A stretch of 64,000 nt of DNA from Eledone cirrhosa (GCA_964016885.1 OZ024762.1:20646001-20710000); one strand, 5' to 3'; shown: positions 1-13,259, counted from the first letter of the stretch. The notes: generated by a model from the sequence alone, not told the origin. Numbers and translations: made by a program.

Positions 1-252
1 GCTTTTTCTTTTCCATGGTGCCTACACGACCACTTTACAGTGTGGGCTGGGTGCTTTTTTGCTGTGTCACCTCCACGACCACTTTGCAGTGGAATGATAG
101 GGACCCCAGTCCTATCATCTCATTTCTACAGCTGAGTAAACTGGAGCAATGTGAAATAAAGTGTCTTGCTCAAGGAAAGAACACATCACCCGGTCTGAGA
201 ATTGAACTCACAACCTTTCGATTGCAAGGCCAATGCTCTAACCACTAAGTCA

Positions 253-253
<1 letters not shown>
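1..253 (-). mobile_element. tRNA-derived SINE family A (partial, window edge)
   Basis: Reverse complement matches the SINE-A head and body seen at 49013-49340 (A box TGGCTTAGTGG, B box GTTCAATTC, TCCTTGAGCAAGACACT core). Confidence 0.85.
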
Positions 254-304
<51 letters not shown>

Positions 305-307
<3 letters not shown>

Positions 308-637
308 TCATCATCATCATTTCATTTTACGTCGCTTTTTCCCTGCTTGCAAGGGTGGGACGGAAATTGATTCTGGCTTGATTTCTACAGCTGGATGCCC
401 TTCCTAACACCAACCTCATTTACAGTGAGTGCTGGGTGCTTTTTTTGCCGTGGCACCTCCACGACCACTTTACAGTGGAATGATAGTGACCCCAGTCCCT
501 ATCATCTCATTTCTACAGCTGAGTAAACTGGAGCAATGTGAAATAAAGTGTCTTGCTCAAGGAAACAACACATCACCCGGTCTGGGAATTGAACTCACAA
601 CCTTTCGATTGCAAGGCCAATGCTCTAACCACTAAGC

Positions 638-640
<3 letters not shown>
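305..640 (-). mobile_element. SINE family A, full length
   Basis: tRNA-like head, core, GGAAGGGCATCCAGCTGTAGAAA module, RTE-type tail and (ATG)n end on minus strand. Confidence 0.9.
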
Positions 641-724
<84 letters not shown>

Positions 725-803
725 TAAATCACCGAGCACCCTGCCGCTCATATCGAATTTTGTTTATCGTGAACTAGTGCGCCGATTTTTCGATACTCGA
801 TCA

Positions 804-887
<84 letters not shown>

Positions 888-898
888 ATATATATAAA

Positions 899-932
<34 letters not shown>

Positions 933-948
933 ATAAATAAAACTTTGC

Positions 949-1003
<55 letters not shown>

Positions 1004-1076
1004 TATATGTATGTATATAGTTACACTTTGGGAGGTTCATGCTGCCAATAAAAACAGACGCACCTATTGGTTTTCA

Positions 1077-1202
<126 letters not shown>

Positions 1203-1204
1203 AA

Positions 1205-1470
1205 CCAGCATGGGTTCAGTTTGAAACTGGTTAAACCATTACTCAACAGAATACTCAATATTTGTGGTAGAAGAGTATGGTTATATTATAAAGAGTCATG
1301 ACCCCCAATGGCTGAGCTTTTGCCATTTCAACAGCTAGTTCCAGACTGCTTGCCTTGGCGGTTAACTGGCTGTATTATCAGGGGCTGTGATTTGTCCAAA
1401 TAAGGGCATACATTGTTTATACAAGGATACACAATCATTCTGAAACTAGCTGTTGAAACGGCAATAGCTT
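1205..1470 (-). mobile_element. PLE-terminal-repeat-like fragment with imperfect fold-back and 3' half of a hammerhead
   Basis: Minus strand GAAA-TGGC-loop-GCCA-TT; imperfect arms ~1315-1348/1440-1470; tail resembles 11490-11570 and 63140-63218. Confidence 0.5.
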
Positions 1471-1480
1471 ATGTATATAT

Positions 1481-1521
<41 letters not shown>

Positions 1522-1527
<6 letters not shown>

Positions 1528-1690
1528 AAAATTGAACGCTAACAAAACAGAGAGGCAGTACGAACAAAGGTTTATTAGTTTCACGCTCTTGAGAGTGGGG
1601 TGGTGGTGGGGAACGACGTTTCGGGCATAAGCCCTTCTTCAGGCGAAAAGTGTGTGGGAAGAGAGTTCCAAGGGTGTGTAGGGGAATGGT
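1522..1690 (-). mobile_element. Dispersed repeat with hammerhead-like core (copy at 63836-64000)
   Basis: Near-identical to 63836-64000; minus strand CTGAAGA-AGGGC-TTAT-GCCC-GAAAC-GTC; stem I not evident. Confidence 0.55.
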
Positions 1691-1833
1691 GGAGAGACAT
1701 ATAGAAAAAAGGGGGTGAGAGGAAACGGTACAAATGGAATTAAATATAAAAGCATAATAAAAATAACAGTCACTGTATATTTTAGAAAATATATATTTTC
1801 TCTACCTCTGACAGTTGTCAGGTGAACAGTAAT

Positions 1834-1884
1834 GAACTGCACTGACGAAGGGTAATCACCCAGAAACATTAGTATCTGCAGTTC
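1834..1884 (+). ncRNA. Type I hammerhead-like motif (imperfect stem III)
   Basis: GAACTGCA-CTGACGA-AGGGT AATC ACCCA-GAAAC-ATTAGTATC-TGCAGTTC; 8-bp stem I. Confidence 0.5.
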
Positions 1885-2002
1885 TGTTTACATGCCAACA
1901 CAAGAGCAAGAATATGGGGCTCATTTTACTGACATGGCTTAAAAGAGGTTTGTTTGCCTAATCGCAAATGAATCAAATATTATTGATATTCGAAAAAATT
2001 GA

Positions 2003-2104
2003 AAAATATTAACAAATATAGACATTCGTGTGATCAAGTACCTCTGAAATATGTATAATAAAATATACTTGATCACACAAAATGTCTATATTTGTTAATA
2101 TTTT
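2003..2104. repeat. Fold-back (38-bp arms) containing 3' half of the HHR family seen at 60651
   Basis: Arms 2003-2040/2066-2104; AGTACCTCT-GAAA-TATGTA-TA-ATAAAATA matches 60688-60716. Confidence 0.7.
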
Positions 2105-2125
2105 GAATTAATATATATATATATA

Positions 2126-2392
2126 TGTTGTTTCCTTGAGCAAGACACTTTATTTCACATTGCTCCAGTTTACTCAGCTGTAGAAATAAGATGATAGGGA
2201 CTGGGGTCCATATCATTCCACTGCAAAGTGGTCGTGGAGGTGCCACGGCAAAAAAGCACCCAGCACTCACTGTAAATGAGGTTGGTGTTAGGGAGGGCAT
2301 CCAGCTGTAGAAATCAAGCCAGAATCAGTTCCCGTCCCACCCCTGCAAGCAGCGAAAAGCGGACATAAAATGAAATGATGATGATGATGATG
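2126..2392 (+). mobile_element. SINE family A, 5'-truncated
   Basis: Core, module, RTE tail and (ATG)n. Confidence 0.85.
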
Positions 2393-2516
2393 ATATATAT
2401 ATATAAGGGTGTTGTAGTTTATTTGAAACAGTGTGGAAAGTACAGAAAATAGTATTTCATTTGAAGAGTACCCCAATATAAAAATTGTGTGGTAAATGTA
2501 CTACTTATGATGATAA

Positions 2517-2651
2517 TAATTGTTTCTACTATTGGCACAAGGCCACCAAGTACCCAGTACATTACTGGTACTTTATTTTATCGACCCCGTAAGGATGAAA
2601 GGCAAAGTTAACCTCGGCGAGATTGGAACTCAGAATGGCAAGGGCCGTAAC
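2517..2651 (-). mobile_element. SINE family B (Nin/Deu-like central domain), partial
   Basis: Reverse complement of GCCTTTCATCCTTACGGGGTCGATAAAATAAAGTACCAG and GCCTTGTGCC..AGTAGAAACAATT tail. Confidence 0.8.
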
Positions 2652-2842
2652 TTATGATGATAATAATGATGTATTTCTTTATAGGTCCTTATATTTCAGG
2701 ATAAAATCCCATCTTCAAAAGATTAATAGAAGAAACTGGTTCAGAGCTGTATATTTTTTGTTGCTCTTAAGCTGCCATTGTTGGAAATTTTAAAGTGATG
2801 TTTTTTTTCTTTCAGTGCTGAAAGAAGAAAAAGAAAAATGCT

Positions 2843-3230
2843 TTACGGAGTTGGCTGAGTGCATTTCTATTGTGACGCCAACAATACAATTTTACAGGGT
2901 GGACTGGGAGCATATTATTGTAGCATATCAATACCACTTTACAGTGTGGGTGGGGTGCATTTTCATTGTGGCACCAATACTACCACCTTACAGAGTGGGT
3001 TGGGTGCATTTTATTGTGACACCAACACTACTACTTTACAGCGTGTACTGGGTGTATTTTATCTTGTCACGAACACTGCTACTTTACAGAGTGTACTGGG
3101 TGCATTTTATCTTGTCACGAACACTACCACTTTATAGAGTGTACTGGGTGTATTTTATCATGACCCTTCACTACCATTTTACAGAGTGGGCTGAGTGCAT
3201 TTTACTGTGACACCAGCACTACCATTTTAC
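2843..3230 (-). repeat. Degenerate ~45-bp tandem repeat derived from the SINE/LINE internal subunit
   Basis: Recurrent CCACTTTACAGxGTGxxCTGGGTGCATTTT; ORF 2815-3210 is an artefact of the periodicity. Confidence 0.75.
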
Positions 3231-3299
3231 AAAACTAGTGTATTCAGTGTGTCCTTGGACTAGCTGGGGAGACATTGATGAGATATGATGACGATAATG

Positions 3300-3419
3300 C
3301 TATATATATATATATATGTGTGTATATATATATGCACATATATATGTATATACATATATATATATATATATACATATATATGTACATGTACATATATATA
3401 TGTGTGTGTGTGTACATAT

Positions 3420-3451
<32 letters not shown>

Positions 3452-3492
3452 GTGTGTGTATGTGTACATATATATATATATGTACATGTATA

Positions 3493-3566
<74 letters not shown>

Positions 3567-3630
3567 TATATATATGTACATATATATATATGTATATGTA
3601 CACATATATATATGTATATATACATACAAG

Positions 3631-3676
<46 letters not shown>

Positions 3677-3769
3677 TAGGTATATATATATATATACATA
3701 GGTATATATATACATATATATATATACACATATATATATATACATAGGTATATATATACATATATATAT

Positions 3770-3800
<31 letters not shown>

Positions 3801-3907
3801 CGTATGTGTGTGTGTGTATATACATACATATATACATATATACATATATACATATATATATACACATATATACATACACATATACATATATATACATATA
3901 TATATAC

Positions 3908-3938
<31 letters not shown>

Positions 3939-3982
3939 CATATATATACACATATATATAATTATATACATATGTATATAAT

Positions 3983-4014
<32 letters not shown>

Positions 4015-4020
4015 GATAGA
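3300..4020. repeat. Compound (TA)n/(CA)n microsatellite
   Basis: Direct inspection. Confidence 0.95.
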
Positions 4021-4283
4021 TAGGTTGTTGTGAGGTGTACCAGCAAGAGGTATTTCTAGCTGGAATTGATTCTAACTCAGTTAAACAATAGCAACAGTTA
4101 ATAGAGGAAATGATGGAATCATGGATAAATGTTTGTTTTTAAGATTGCGTCTCTTGTCAAACGAAGCATGCTTGTGACTGCAACAAATGCACCAACCACA
4201 AATATGTATAATAGAACATAGTTAACATAGCAATAACTAGCATGAGAAATCAATAAGAAGAAACAGTGATAATATCCTAAGCA

Positions 4284-4589
4284 CTCTCTCTCTCTGTCTT
4301 TCTTCCTTTCTCTCTGTCTGTATGTCTGTCTCTCTCTCTCTCTCTCTCTCTGTCTCTGTCTTTCGCAGCCTGTGTCCCTTCTCTCTCTCTCTGTGTCTCT
4401 GTCTTTCGCAGCCTGTGTCCCTTCTCTCTCTCTCTCTCTCTCTCTCTGTCACTCTGTCTCTCTCTCTCTCTGACTGTCTGTCTCCCTCTCTCTCTGTGTC
4501 TTTCGCAGCCTGTGTCCCTTCTCTCTCTCTCTCTCTCTCTCTCTGACTGTCTGTCTCCCTCTCTCTCTGTGTCTTTCGCAGCCTCTGTC

Positions 4590-4629
<40 letters not shown>

Positions 4630-4713
4630 GTCTGTCTCCCTTTCTCTCTGTGTCTTTCGCAGCCTGTGTCCCTTCTCTCTCTCTCTCTCTCTGTGTCTTT
4701 CGCAGCCTGTGTC

Positions 4714-4779
<66 letters not shown>

Positions 4780-5092
4780 TGTCTCTCTCTCTCTCTGACT
4801 GTCTGTCTCCCTCTCTCTCTGTGTGTCTTTCGCAGCCTCTGTCCCTTCTCTCTCTCTCTCTCTCTCTCTGACTGTCTGTCTCCCTTTCTCTCTGTGTCTT
4901 TCGCAGCCTGTGTCCCTTCTCTCTCTCTCTCTCTCTGTCTATGTCTCTCTGTCTCTCTCTGTCTGTCTTTCTTTCTTTCTCCCTGTCCGTCTCTCTATCT
5001 TTCTTTCTCTTTCTCTCTCTCTCTTTCTCCCTTTCTGTCTCTCTCTCTCTCTGACTCTCTCTCTGTGTGCCCCCCCCCCTCCTCTCTCTGTC
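4284..5092. repeat. (CT)n-based minisatellite with GTCTTTCGCAGCCTGTGTCCCTT motif
   Basis: Motif recurs about 8 times between CT runs. Confidence 0.9.
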
Positions 5093-5139
5093 TGATTTAA
5101 TTGGAATTTATCAGTACATTGTTGTGCCAGTATAAATTT

Positions 5140-5717
5140 GGTGATGGCTGTTTGTGGGCGGGTGGGTGGTGCACGGGTGGTGATGGGGGTGTACGGGTGG
5201 TAGTTGTGTGGTGGGGTGGAATTGTTGTGTGGTGGTGGTGGCAGTGGCAGTGGTGGTGGTGGTGTAGTGGTGGTGGTATGGTGGTTGTGATGGTATGGTG
5301 GGGGATGGTGGTAGTGGTGTGGTCGTGGTGGTGTGGTGGTCGTGGTGTAGGGGGTGTAGTGGTGGTGGCAGTGGTGGTGATGGTATAGGTGGTAGTGGTG
5401 CTGTGTTGGTATGTTTGGTACAACCTGTAGAGTTATACTGGTTGTTTTGCTATCATTCACTACACTACTTCACTGTTCTATATTTAGTCCATTGCCAGGC
5501 ATTCACCATCATCATCACCACCATTCTCACCATCATCATAACCATCTTCATCATCATCATCATCACCATCATCATCACCATCATCATCATCACCATCATC
5601 ATAACCATCTTCATCATCATCATCATCACCATCATCATCACCATCATCATCATCATCATCATCACCATCATCACCATAACCATCTTCATCATCATCATCA
5701 TCACCATCATAATCACC

Positions 5718-5748
<31 letters not shown>

Positions 5749-5876
5749 CCATTCTCACCATCATCATCACTATCATCATCACCATCATCATCATAATTAT
5801 CATAATCATCGCCAGCATAATCATCCTCATAGTCATGATGATGATGACCATCATCACCATCACCACCACCACCATC

Positions 5877-5907
<31 letters not shown>

Positions 5908-6506
5908 CCATCACCACCATCATCATCATTACCATCATCATCATCATCACCATCACCATCACCACCATCACCACCACCATCATCACCATCATCACCATCA
6001 CCATCACCACCACCATCACCATCATCACCACCATCACCACCATCATCATCATCATCACCATCACCATCACCCCCATCATCATCACCATCACCATCACCAC
6101 CATCACCATCATCATCACCGCCATCACCACCATCATCATCATTACCATCATCATCATCATCACCATCACCATCACCACCATCACCACCACCATCATCACC
6201 ATCATCACCACCATCCTCACCATCACCATCACCACTATCACCATCATCACCACCATCCTCACCATCACCATAATTGTCATCACCATCACCATCACCATCA
6301 CCATCACCATCATCAACCTCACCACTGTCCTTATTCCCTTTCCAACACTAGCATGGGTTTGAGGGGCTGCTACCGGCCCAAGACCAGATAGGTCGGGCTG
6401 ACCTTATCTTGCCCGTGTCTTCCTTATTTGTCAATATCACCTGATGCCCTTCTTAAAGCCAACTCCCTTTCACTTCCCCTCATCCCTCTACTCTTCTCAC
6501 TCCCTG

Positions 6507-6548
<42 letters not shown>

Positions 6549-7150
6549 TCTAACAATCATCACCATCATCAGCATTGTCATCATCTTCACCATCACCATC
6601 ATGATGATGATAATGATGATGATGATCATCATCATCATCGTCATTATTCCCATCCTTCCTCCCCTTCACTCCAACTCCCCTCCCCTTCTCTGCTCCTCCT
6701 CTTCCCATATCCTCCCCACCACCTTCTCCATCTCCCCCCTCTCTCCTCTCCATCTCCCCATCCACATCTTGCTGCTCATTCCTCCTCCTACTCTATCTCC
6801 CTCCCCCATCCTCTCCTCTACCAGCCCCCCTCCCCTCCTCCTCCCCTACCAACCCCTCCCCTCCTCCCCCTCTCTCTACCAATCCCTCCCCATCCTCTTC
6901 TCTACCACTCCTCTTCTATCCTCCTCAACCAGCCCCCGCCCCCTCCCCCTCTCCCCAACCTCTCCTCTACCACCCTCCTCCCACCCCCTCCTCCTCTATC
7001 CTCCTCTACCACCCCTTCTCTCCAGCCCATCCTCTACCACCCTCCCTCCCCCTCCACCACATCTGCCCCCCCCTACCCTGTTCTCCTCTACCCCCTCCCC
7101 CACCGCAACCCCCTCATATGCCCCCCCTCTGCCCCCTCCCTCCCCCTATA
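5140..7150. repeat. Low-complexity block: (GGT)n, (CAT/CAC)n 5503-6325, C-rich tract
   Basis: Direct inspection; poly-His/Ile ORFs are artefacts. Confidence 0.9.
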
Positions 7151-7864
7151 CAGTAGAGATCTATAATCAATTCCAGAACATTCCAGTCAATACCACCCAA
7201 TCAGTCCATCAATCAATCAATCAGGAAATTTATCACTGATCTCACTGATCAATACTCATCAATACATGTGTGTATGCGTGTATGTGTGTAAGTGTGTGTA
7301 TGTGTGTGTGTGTGTCATAAATCTGTTGGTAAACAACATGTAGAGATATGTATGTGTGTATGTGTATGTGTATGTGTGTGTGTGTGTGTATGTGTGTGTA
7401 AGTATGTGTGTATGTGTGTGTGTGTGTGTGATAAATATGTTGGTAAACAACATGTGGAGAAATATATATGTGTATGTGTGTGTATGTGTGTACGTGTGTA
7501 TGTGTGTGTGTGTATGTGTGAGTGTATGTAGTAGTAGTAATAGTAGTCGTAGTGGTGGCGATAGTGGTGGTGGTGGTGGTTGTGGTCATTTCATTCAGCT
7601 TGTGTATGTGTGTGTGTATGTATGTGTGTGTATGTGTGTGTGTATGTATGTGTGTATGTATGTGTGTATGTATGTATGTGTGTGTGTATGTGTCTATGTA
7701 TGTGTGTATGTATGTGTGCATGTATGTATGCATATATGAATGCTTGTTTGTTTCTCTTTCTCTTAATTTTGAGTGGCCACCTTCCTGGTGGCAAGGTTGT
7801 AAAAGAAAAGAAATTATCATCCCTTGAATTGCAATAATCTTTTGCAAATTTTGAAGGTGGGTGT

Positions 7865-7894
<30 letters not shown>

Positions 7895-7895
<1 letters not shown>

Positions 7896-8082
7896 ACGAA
7901 GGTAATGTGGTAAGGAACCAGATGAACCATAACGCACCAAAGTACGCAATACTTAGGGTAGTAGAGTGGGTAATAGGAACAAGTCTGACCCTGACGGCAG
8001 AGCTCAAGCCGTCTTGATGGCTAATTCTGGACTAATTAGTCCAGAATTAGCCGTCGAAAAGGCTTGAGCTCTGCCGCCGGGT
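7895..8082 (-). mobile_element. Fold-back element (tail plus ~47-bp arms); same family as 63140-63334
   Basis: Arms 7988-8035/8036-8082; tail 7895-7980 homologous to 63140-63218; follows (TA)n. Confidence 0.75.
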
Positions 8083-8153
8083 GGCCTCCAAAAACAACGG
8101 TCACCTTTTTGAAAGGGTACGTCAATATCTATTTGTAAAACTGTTATATATTG

Positions 8154-8218
8154 TATTTTGTCTGATGAAGGCATACCATGATTTAACTTGGTATCCTTGA
8201 AATATATATAATGAAATA
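8154..8218 (+). ncRNA. Type I hammerhead ribozyme
   Basis: TATTTTGT-CTGATGA-AGGCATACCA..TGGTATCCTT-GAAA-TATATA-TA^ATGAAATA; stems I and II pair, minimal palindromic stem III. Confidence 0.7.
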
Positions 8219-8265
8219 AATATGGTTTTATAAATATAGTTTCCATTTATTAATATTGTATATAT

Positions 8266-8632
8266 ACAGTCAGTAGACATCTCTAACAAAATACACCCCC
8301 GTCCCACCACCCCCACCCCATCCACACCGCCCCCTTCTATGTAAAGTTATGTTGGGGCCACACCATCCAGGCCGAAACAAATGAGATCGTGTAGGTGTCA
8401 CGACAAAAAACACACAGTCCACGCTGTAATGTGGCCGTGTAGGCAACACGGTAAAAACCTCCCAGACCCACACTGTAAATGTGGTTGGTGTTAGGAAGGG
8501 CATCCAACTGTAGAAAACCTGCCAGACAGTCCTATGCGAGCAAGACAATCACTCTTGCCTCAAGTGGGACTACCCCCGTCCAAACCCATGCAAGCGTGGA
8601 ACACGGACGTTAAACGATGATGATGATGATGA
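8266..8632 (+). mobile_element. 3' UTR/tail of RTE LINE family C
   Basis: Near-identical to 33730-34098; ends CCAAACCCATGCAAGCGTGGAACACGGACGTTAAAC(GAT)n. Confidence 0.85.
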
Positions 8633-8635
8633 TAT

Positions 8636-9090
8636 ATATACGATATTAAAAAAATGGAAACTATATTTATAAAACCATATTTATTTTATTATACATATTT
8701 CGGGGATACCATATTAAAAATATGGCATGCCTTCGTCAGATAAAATACAATATATAAACAGTTTTATAAATAATTTTGACGTACCATAAATATGAGCAAC
8801 CATTATGTAGGAAGCTGGTTTGGTAGCTTCCTACATAATGGTTGCTCATATTTATGGTACGTCAAAATTATTTATAAAACTGTTTATATATTGTATTTTA
8901 TCTGACGAAGGCATGCCATATTTTTAATATGGTATCCCCGAAATATGTATAATAAAATAAATATGGTTTTATAAATATAGTTTCCATTTGTTTAATATCG
9001 TATATCTACTCCAAAAACTTGTCGAGTGCTTTATATCAGTTATAAAATATTTACTTGTTGTAACCCAACAATTTTAAATAAAACTTTTGC
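8636..9090. mobile_element. Fold-back element: 181-bp near-perfect inverted repeat with a hammerhead on each strand plus unpaired tail
   Basis: Arms 8636-8816/8825-9005, 8-nt spacer; HHR + at 8894-8959 and - at 8682-8747 (CTGACGA..GAAA-TATGTA-TA); tail 9006-9090 homologous to reverse complement of ~63610-63690. Confidence 0.85.
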
Positions 9091-9184
<94 letters not shown>

Positions 9185-9287
9185 CACACATATATATATA
9201 TACAGATATGTGCAAGTCAGACTCCCTAGGTCTGTGTGAGAGGTCATCAATTAACTATTTACTACAGACGTAAATAATAACAACCAT

Positions 9288-10260
9288 AATGATGACGATG
9301 GTGGTGGTGGTGATGGTGGTGGTGATGGTGGTGGTGATGGTGGTGGTGGTGGTGGTGGTGACGATGGTGATGGTGGTGGTGATGGTGGTGGTGGTGGTGA
9401 CGGTGGTGGTGATGGTGGTGGTGGTGATGGTGGTGGTGGTGGTGATGGTGGTGGTGATGGTGGTGGTGATGATGGTGGTGGTGGTGGTGGTGGTGGTGGT
9501 GATGATGGTGATGATGGTGGTGGTGACGATGGTGATGGTGGTGGTGATGGTGGTGGTGATGGTGGTGGTGACGGTGGTGGTGATGGTGGTGGTGGTGGTG
9601 ATGGTGGTGGTGGTGGTGATGGTGGTGGTGATGGTGGTGGTGGTGGTTGGTGGTGGTGGTGATGATGATGATGGTGGTGGTGGTGGTGATGGAGGTGATG
9701 GTGGTGGTGATGGTGGTGGTGATGATGATGGTGGTGACGGTGGTGATGGTGGTGGTGATGGTGGTGGTGATGATGGTGGTGATGGTGGTGGTGGTGGTGG
9801 TGGTGGTGATGATGGTGGTGATGGTGGTGGTGGTGGTGATGATGGTGGTGATGGTGGTGGTGGTGGTGATGGTGGTGGTGGTGGTGGTGGTGATGGTGAT
9901 GGTGGTGATGGTGGTGGTGGTGGTGATGATGGTGGTGATGGTGGTGGTGGTGGTGGTGGTGGTGGTGATGGTGGTGGTGGTGGTGGTGGTGATGGTGATG
10001 ATGGTAGTGGTGATGATAGAGATGATGATGATGAAGAAGAAGATGAAATGATGATGATGATGATGTTGATGTAGATGATGATGGTGGTGATGATGATTGT
10101 GACGATAATGATGATGATGATGATGATGATGATGATGGTCTTTTATAAAAAAAATTAACATCTACGTCTAAATATGGCAAAAAAATGTTTAGATCTTTTT
10201 TCGGAGTATTTACATTTCACAAAAAAAAGGACATCTTAAAATGTCCCCTTCACTACTACA

Positions 10261-10310
<50 letters not shown>

Positions 10311-10658
10311 CACTACTACTACCACTACTACTACTACTCCCTCACTACCACCACCAACACCATCACCACTACCACCACTACTACTACTACCACTCCTTCA
10401 CGAATAAAACCGCTGCCACCACCACCACCACTACTACTACTATTACTACTGCTACTACTACACACCACCACCACCACAACCACCACTACAACCACCGCCA
10501 CCACCACCATTACTACTACTATTACTACTGCTACTACTACACACCACCACCACCACCACCTCTACTACTACTATTACTACTGCTACTACTACACACCACC
10601 ACCACCACAACCACACCACTACAACCACCACCATCACCACCACCACCACCACTACTAC
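9288..10658. repeat. (GGT/GAT)n and (CTA/CCA)n trinucleotide tracts
   Basis: Direct inspection. Confidence 0.95.
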
Positions 10659-10896
10659 TTAAGTATTTGCTCCAATCAACTTAAATAATAATAGATTTAT
10701 AAAAAAACATGTTTATTCCATTTCTTGTGAATAAATGTTTGTTCTTGAAAAACTCATTAGAAAAATTTGTACAATTTAAAATACTTCATTTCTCATTCAC
10801 AACTAGTTTAATATTAATAATCATTGTTGCAATTGTTGTTGTTGTTATTGTCCTTGTTGTTGTGGTGGTTGTTGTTATATTTGTTTTATATATACA

Positions 10897-11208
10897 TGGT
10901 GGCGCATGGCTTAGTGGTTAGAGCATTGGCCTTGCAATCGAAAGGTTGTGAGCTCAATTCTCAGACCGGGTGATGTGTTGTTTCCTTGAGCAAGACACTT
11001 TATTTCACATTGCTCCAGTTTACTCAGCTGAAAATGAGATGATAGGGACTGGGGTCCCTATCATTCCACTGCAAAGTGGTCGTGGAGGTGCCATGGCAAA
11101 AAAGCACCCAGCACTCACTGTAAATGAGGTTGGTGTTAGGAAGGGCCTTCAGCTGTAGAAATCAGTTCCCGTCCCAAACAGAAAAAAGTTCCTGTAAAAA
11201 TGATGATG
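10897..11208 (+). mobile_element. SINE family A
   Basis: Head TGGCTTAGTGG, core, module, degenerate tail. Confidence 0.85.
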
Positions 11209-11576
11209 ATATATATATAAAATTAAAGTGTTTATGTACGTGACACAACAAAAAGCACCCAGTCCACACTGTAAAGTGGTCGTGTAGGAGACACTGTAAA
11301 AAGGCTGCCAGTCCACACTGTAAATGTGGTTGGTGTTAGGAAGGGCATCCAGCTGGAGAAAACCTGCCAGAGACTGGTCTGTACAAGCAATCTTGCCTCA
11401 AGTGGGACAATTCCTGCCTAACCCATGCTAGTTTGGAAGATAGACATTAAATGATGATGATGATGATATATATATATATATATATATAAAACAGGATAGA
11501 ACTAGTTTTAAACTAGTTAGACCATTACTCAACAGACTACTCAATATTTGGCATAGTAGAGTATGATTAATATATA

Positions 11577-12694
11577 TCTCTCTATATATAACATTCTTTG
11601 TCTCTCTGTCTGTCTGTCTTTTCCTTATACATTCTCAAATGGCTTGACCAAATCAAATCAAATTTTATTTTCATTTGGATTAAAACAATATAACATTTTA
11701 TCTAAAATAATCTTTCTATAGTCAACTATAATAAACGGACAATTTATAACACTATGACAACGCCGACGTCACATTTTGTATATGAGTGTGTATGTGTTCG
11801 TGAGTGTGGGTGTGTTTATGCGTTCGTTACATACGTTAGGCGTTAGTAAGTTACATAGACATACATTTTCACGTAAATATTTAATCTGATAGACAAAGAA
11901 TTAAACACACATGCACAACTACATGTGAGGCCTGACAAGTGTATGTGTGTGAGTGTATGTGTGTGTAAGTATACATACATTTCTGTGATGACTGCCATAA
12001 ACGCTGGGGGGTGAAACTGTGTGTGTTTGTATGAATGTATGTCTGAGTGTGTTTTTTATAAGTGTATGTTTGTGTGAGTGTATGTGTGCCTGTTCATTTA
12101 TATTTATATCCTCATACCGTTAAATTAGCATTTAATACATTTGCTTATATTTGGTTAATTTGCTTATATTTGGTTAATTTACACTGCATTCAAAAATAAT
12201 AATTAATCTATAGATGTTGATACTTATTTGTTTACAATATTGAAAAAAAAGTCTTTATACTAAAAATTCCTCTCAAATCTGCAGCTGTTCCATTTGAATT
12301 TAAGAAGCTTCAGTTTCCAGTCAAACTAAGTTTTGTTATTTCAATTAACAAATCCCAGGGTCAATCCCTCAAGGTAGTTGGACTTGATCTCTCTACTATA
12401 TGTTTCTTCCATGGTCAACTCTATGTTGGTAGCCCACAAGTTGGAAGCAGCAACAATTTATTCATTTGGACACCAACAAAATATTACACAATGAATAATG
12501 TTTAGCCTGAAGTGCTTCAAGATTGATAGATTTTCATTTCTAAATTTTATTATCATTACAATATTGATATATTTTTTTATAAAATATAAATATTTACAAA
12601 TAATTATGAGAAAAAAAATGAATCTTCATACTTATTGTTTACTAATCTGAATAAGAACAGCAGTAACCCATGAAACGCTGGGTCATTCAGCTAG
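11577..12694 (+). mobile_element. Internally deleted Helitron
   Basis: 5' A|TC start; Pif1-like helicase C-terminus at 12248-12526; subterminal hairpin ACCCA..TGGGT (12666-12683) and CTAG|T 3' end at 12691-12695. Confidence 0.8.
12248..12526 (+). pseudogene. Helitron Rep/Hel helicase C-terminal remnant
   Basis: Manual translation KVFILKIPLKSAAVPFEFKKLQFPVKLSFVISINKSQGQSLKVVGLDLSTICFFHGQLYVG...NNV*PEVLQD*; INKSQGQSL and HGQLYV are SF1/Pif1 motifs; in-frame TAG at 12503. Confidence 0.9.
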
Positions 12695-12821
12695 TATATA
12701 TATATTAGAAAGGGCCACCAGTCTGGAACTGTCTGTGGAAATGGCAAGAGCTCAGCTGTCCGGCCCTGACTCTTTCTAATATATTTATATATTTCTCTCT
12801 CTCTCTACACACATATATATA

Positions 12822-13134
12822 TCATCATTCATCATTTCATTTTACGTCCACTTTTCCCTGCTTGCAAGGGTGGGACGGGAACAGATTCTGGCTTGATTTC
12901 TACAGCTGGATGCCCTTCCTAACACCAACCTCATTTACAGTGAGTGCTAGGTGCTTTTTTGCCGTGGCACCTCCACGACCACTTTGCAGTGGAATGATAG
13001 GGACCGCAGTCCCTATCATCTTATTTCTACAGTTGAGTAAACTGGAGCAATGTGAAATAAAGTGTCTTGCTCAAGGAAACAACACATCACCTGGTCTGAG
13101 AATTGAACTCACAACCTTTCGATTGCAAGCCCAA
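12822..13134 (-). mobile_element. SINE family A (5'-truncated)
   Basis: Reverse complement match to SINE-A. Confidence 0.85.
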
Positions 13135-13259
13135 TATATATATATTAATAAAAGGAATTCCAACTTTGTCTGATTTACTTGTTTTATTTACAATCCTTTA
13201 AAATCATAATGATATTATAATGAAAGAGTATGGTAGAATATTAAATGTTAAGTGTTAAT

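Noticed and set aside
2690-2850. Possible exon(s) after pyrimidine-AG sites
   Set aside because: Short frames with stops, no recognisable peptide, and the sequence runs into a repeat
3244-4046. YI/IY-repeat ORFs here and at many other loci
   Set aside because: Translations of (TA)n/(CA)n tracts
8636-9005. pre-miRNA or DNA-transposon MITE interpretation of the long hairpins
   Set aside because: Arms are too long and perfect for a miRNA, lack TIR/TSD signatures, and have a one-sided tail plus hammerhead like the PLE terminus
5295-10180. Long His/Ile/Val/Pro-rich ORFs
   Set aside because: Trinucleotide microsatellites open in several frames on both strands
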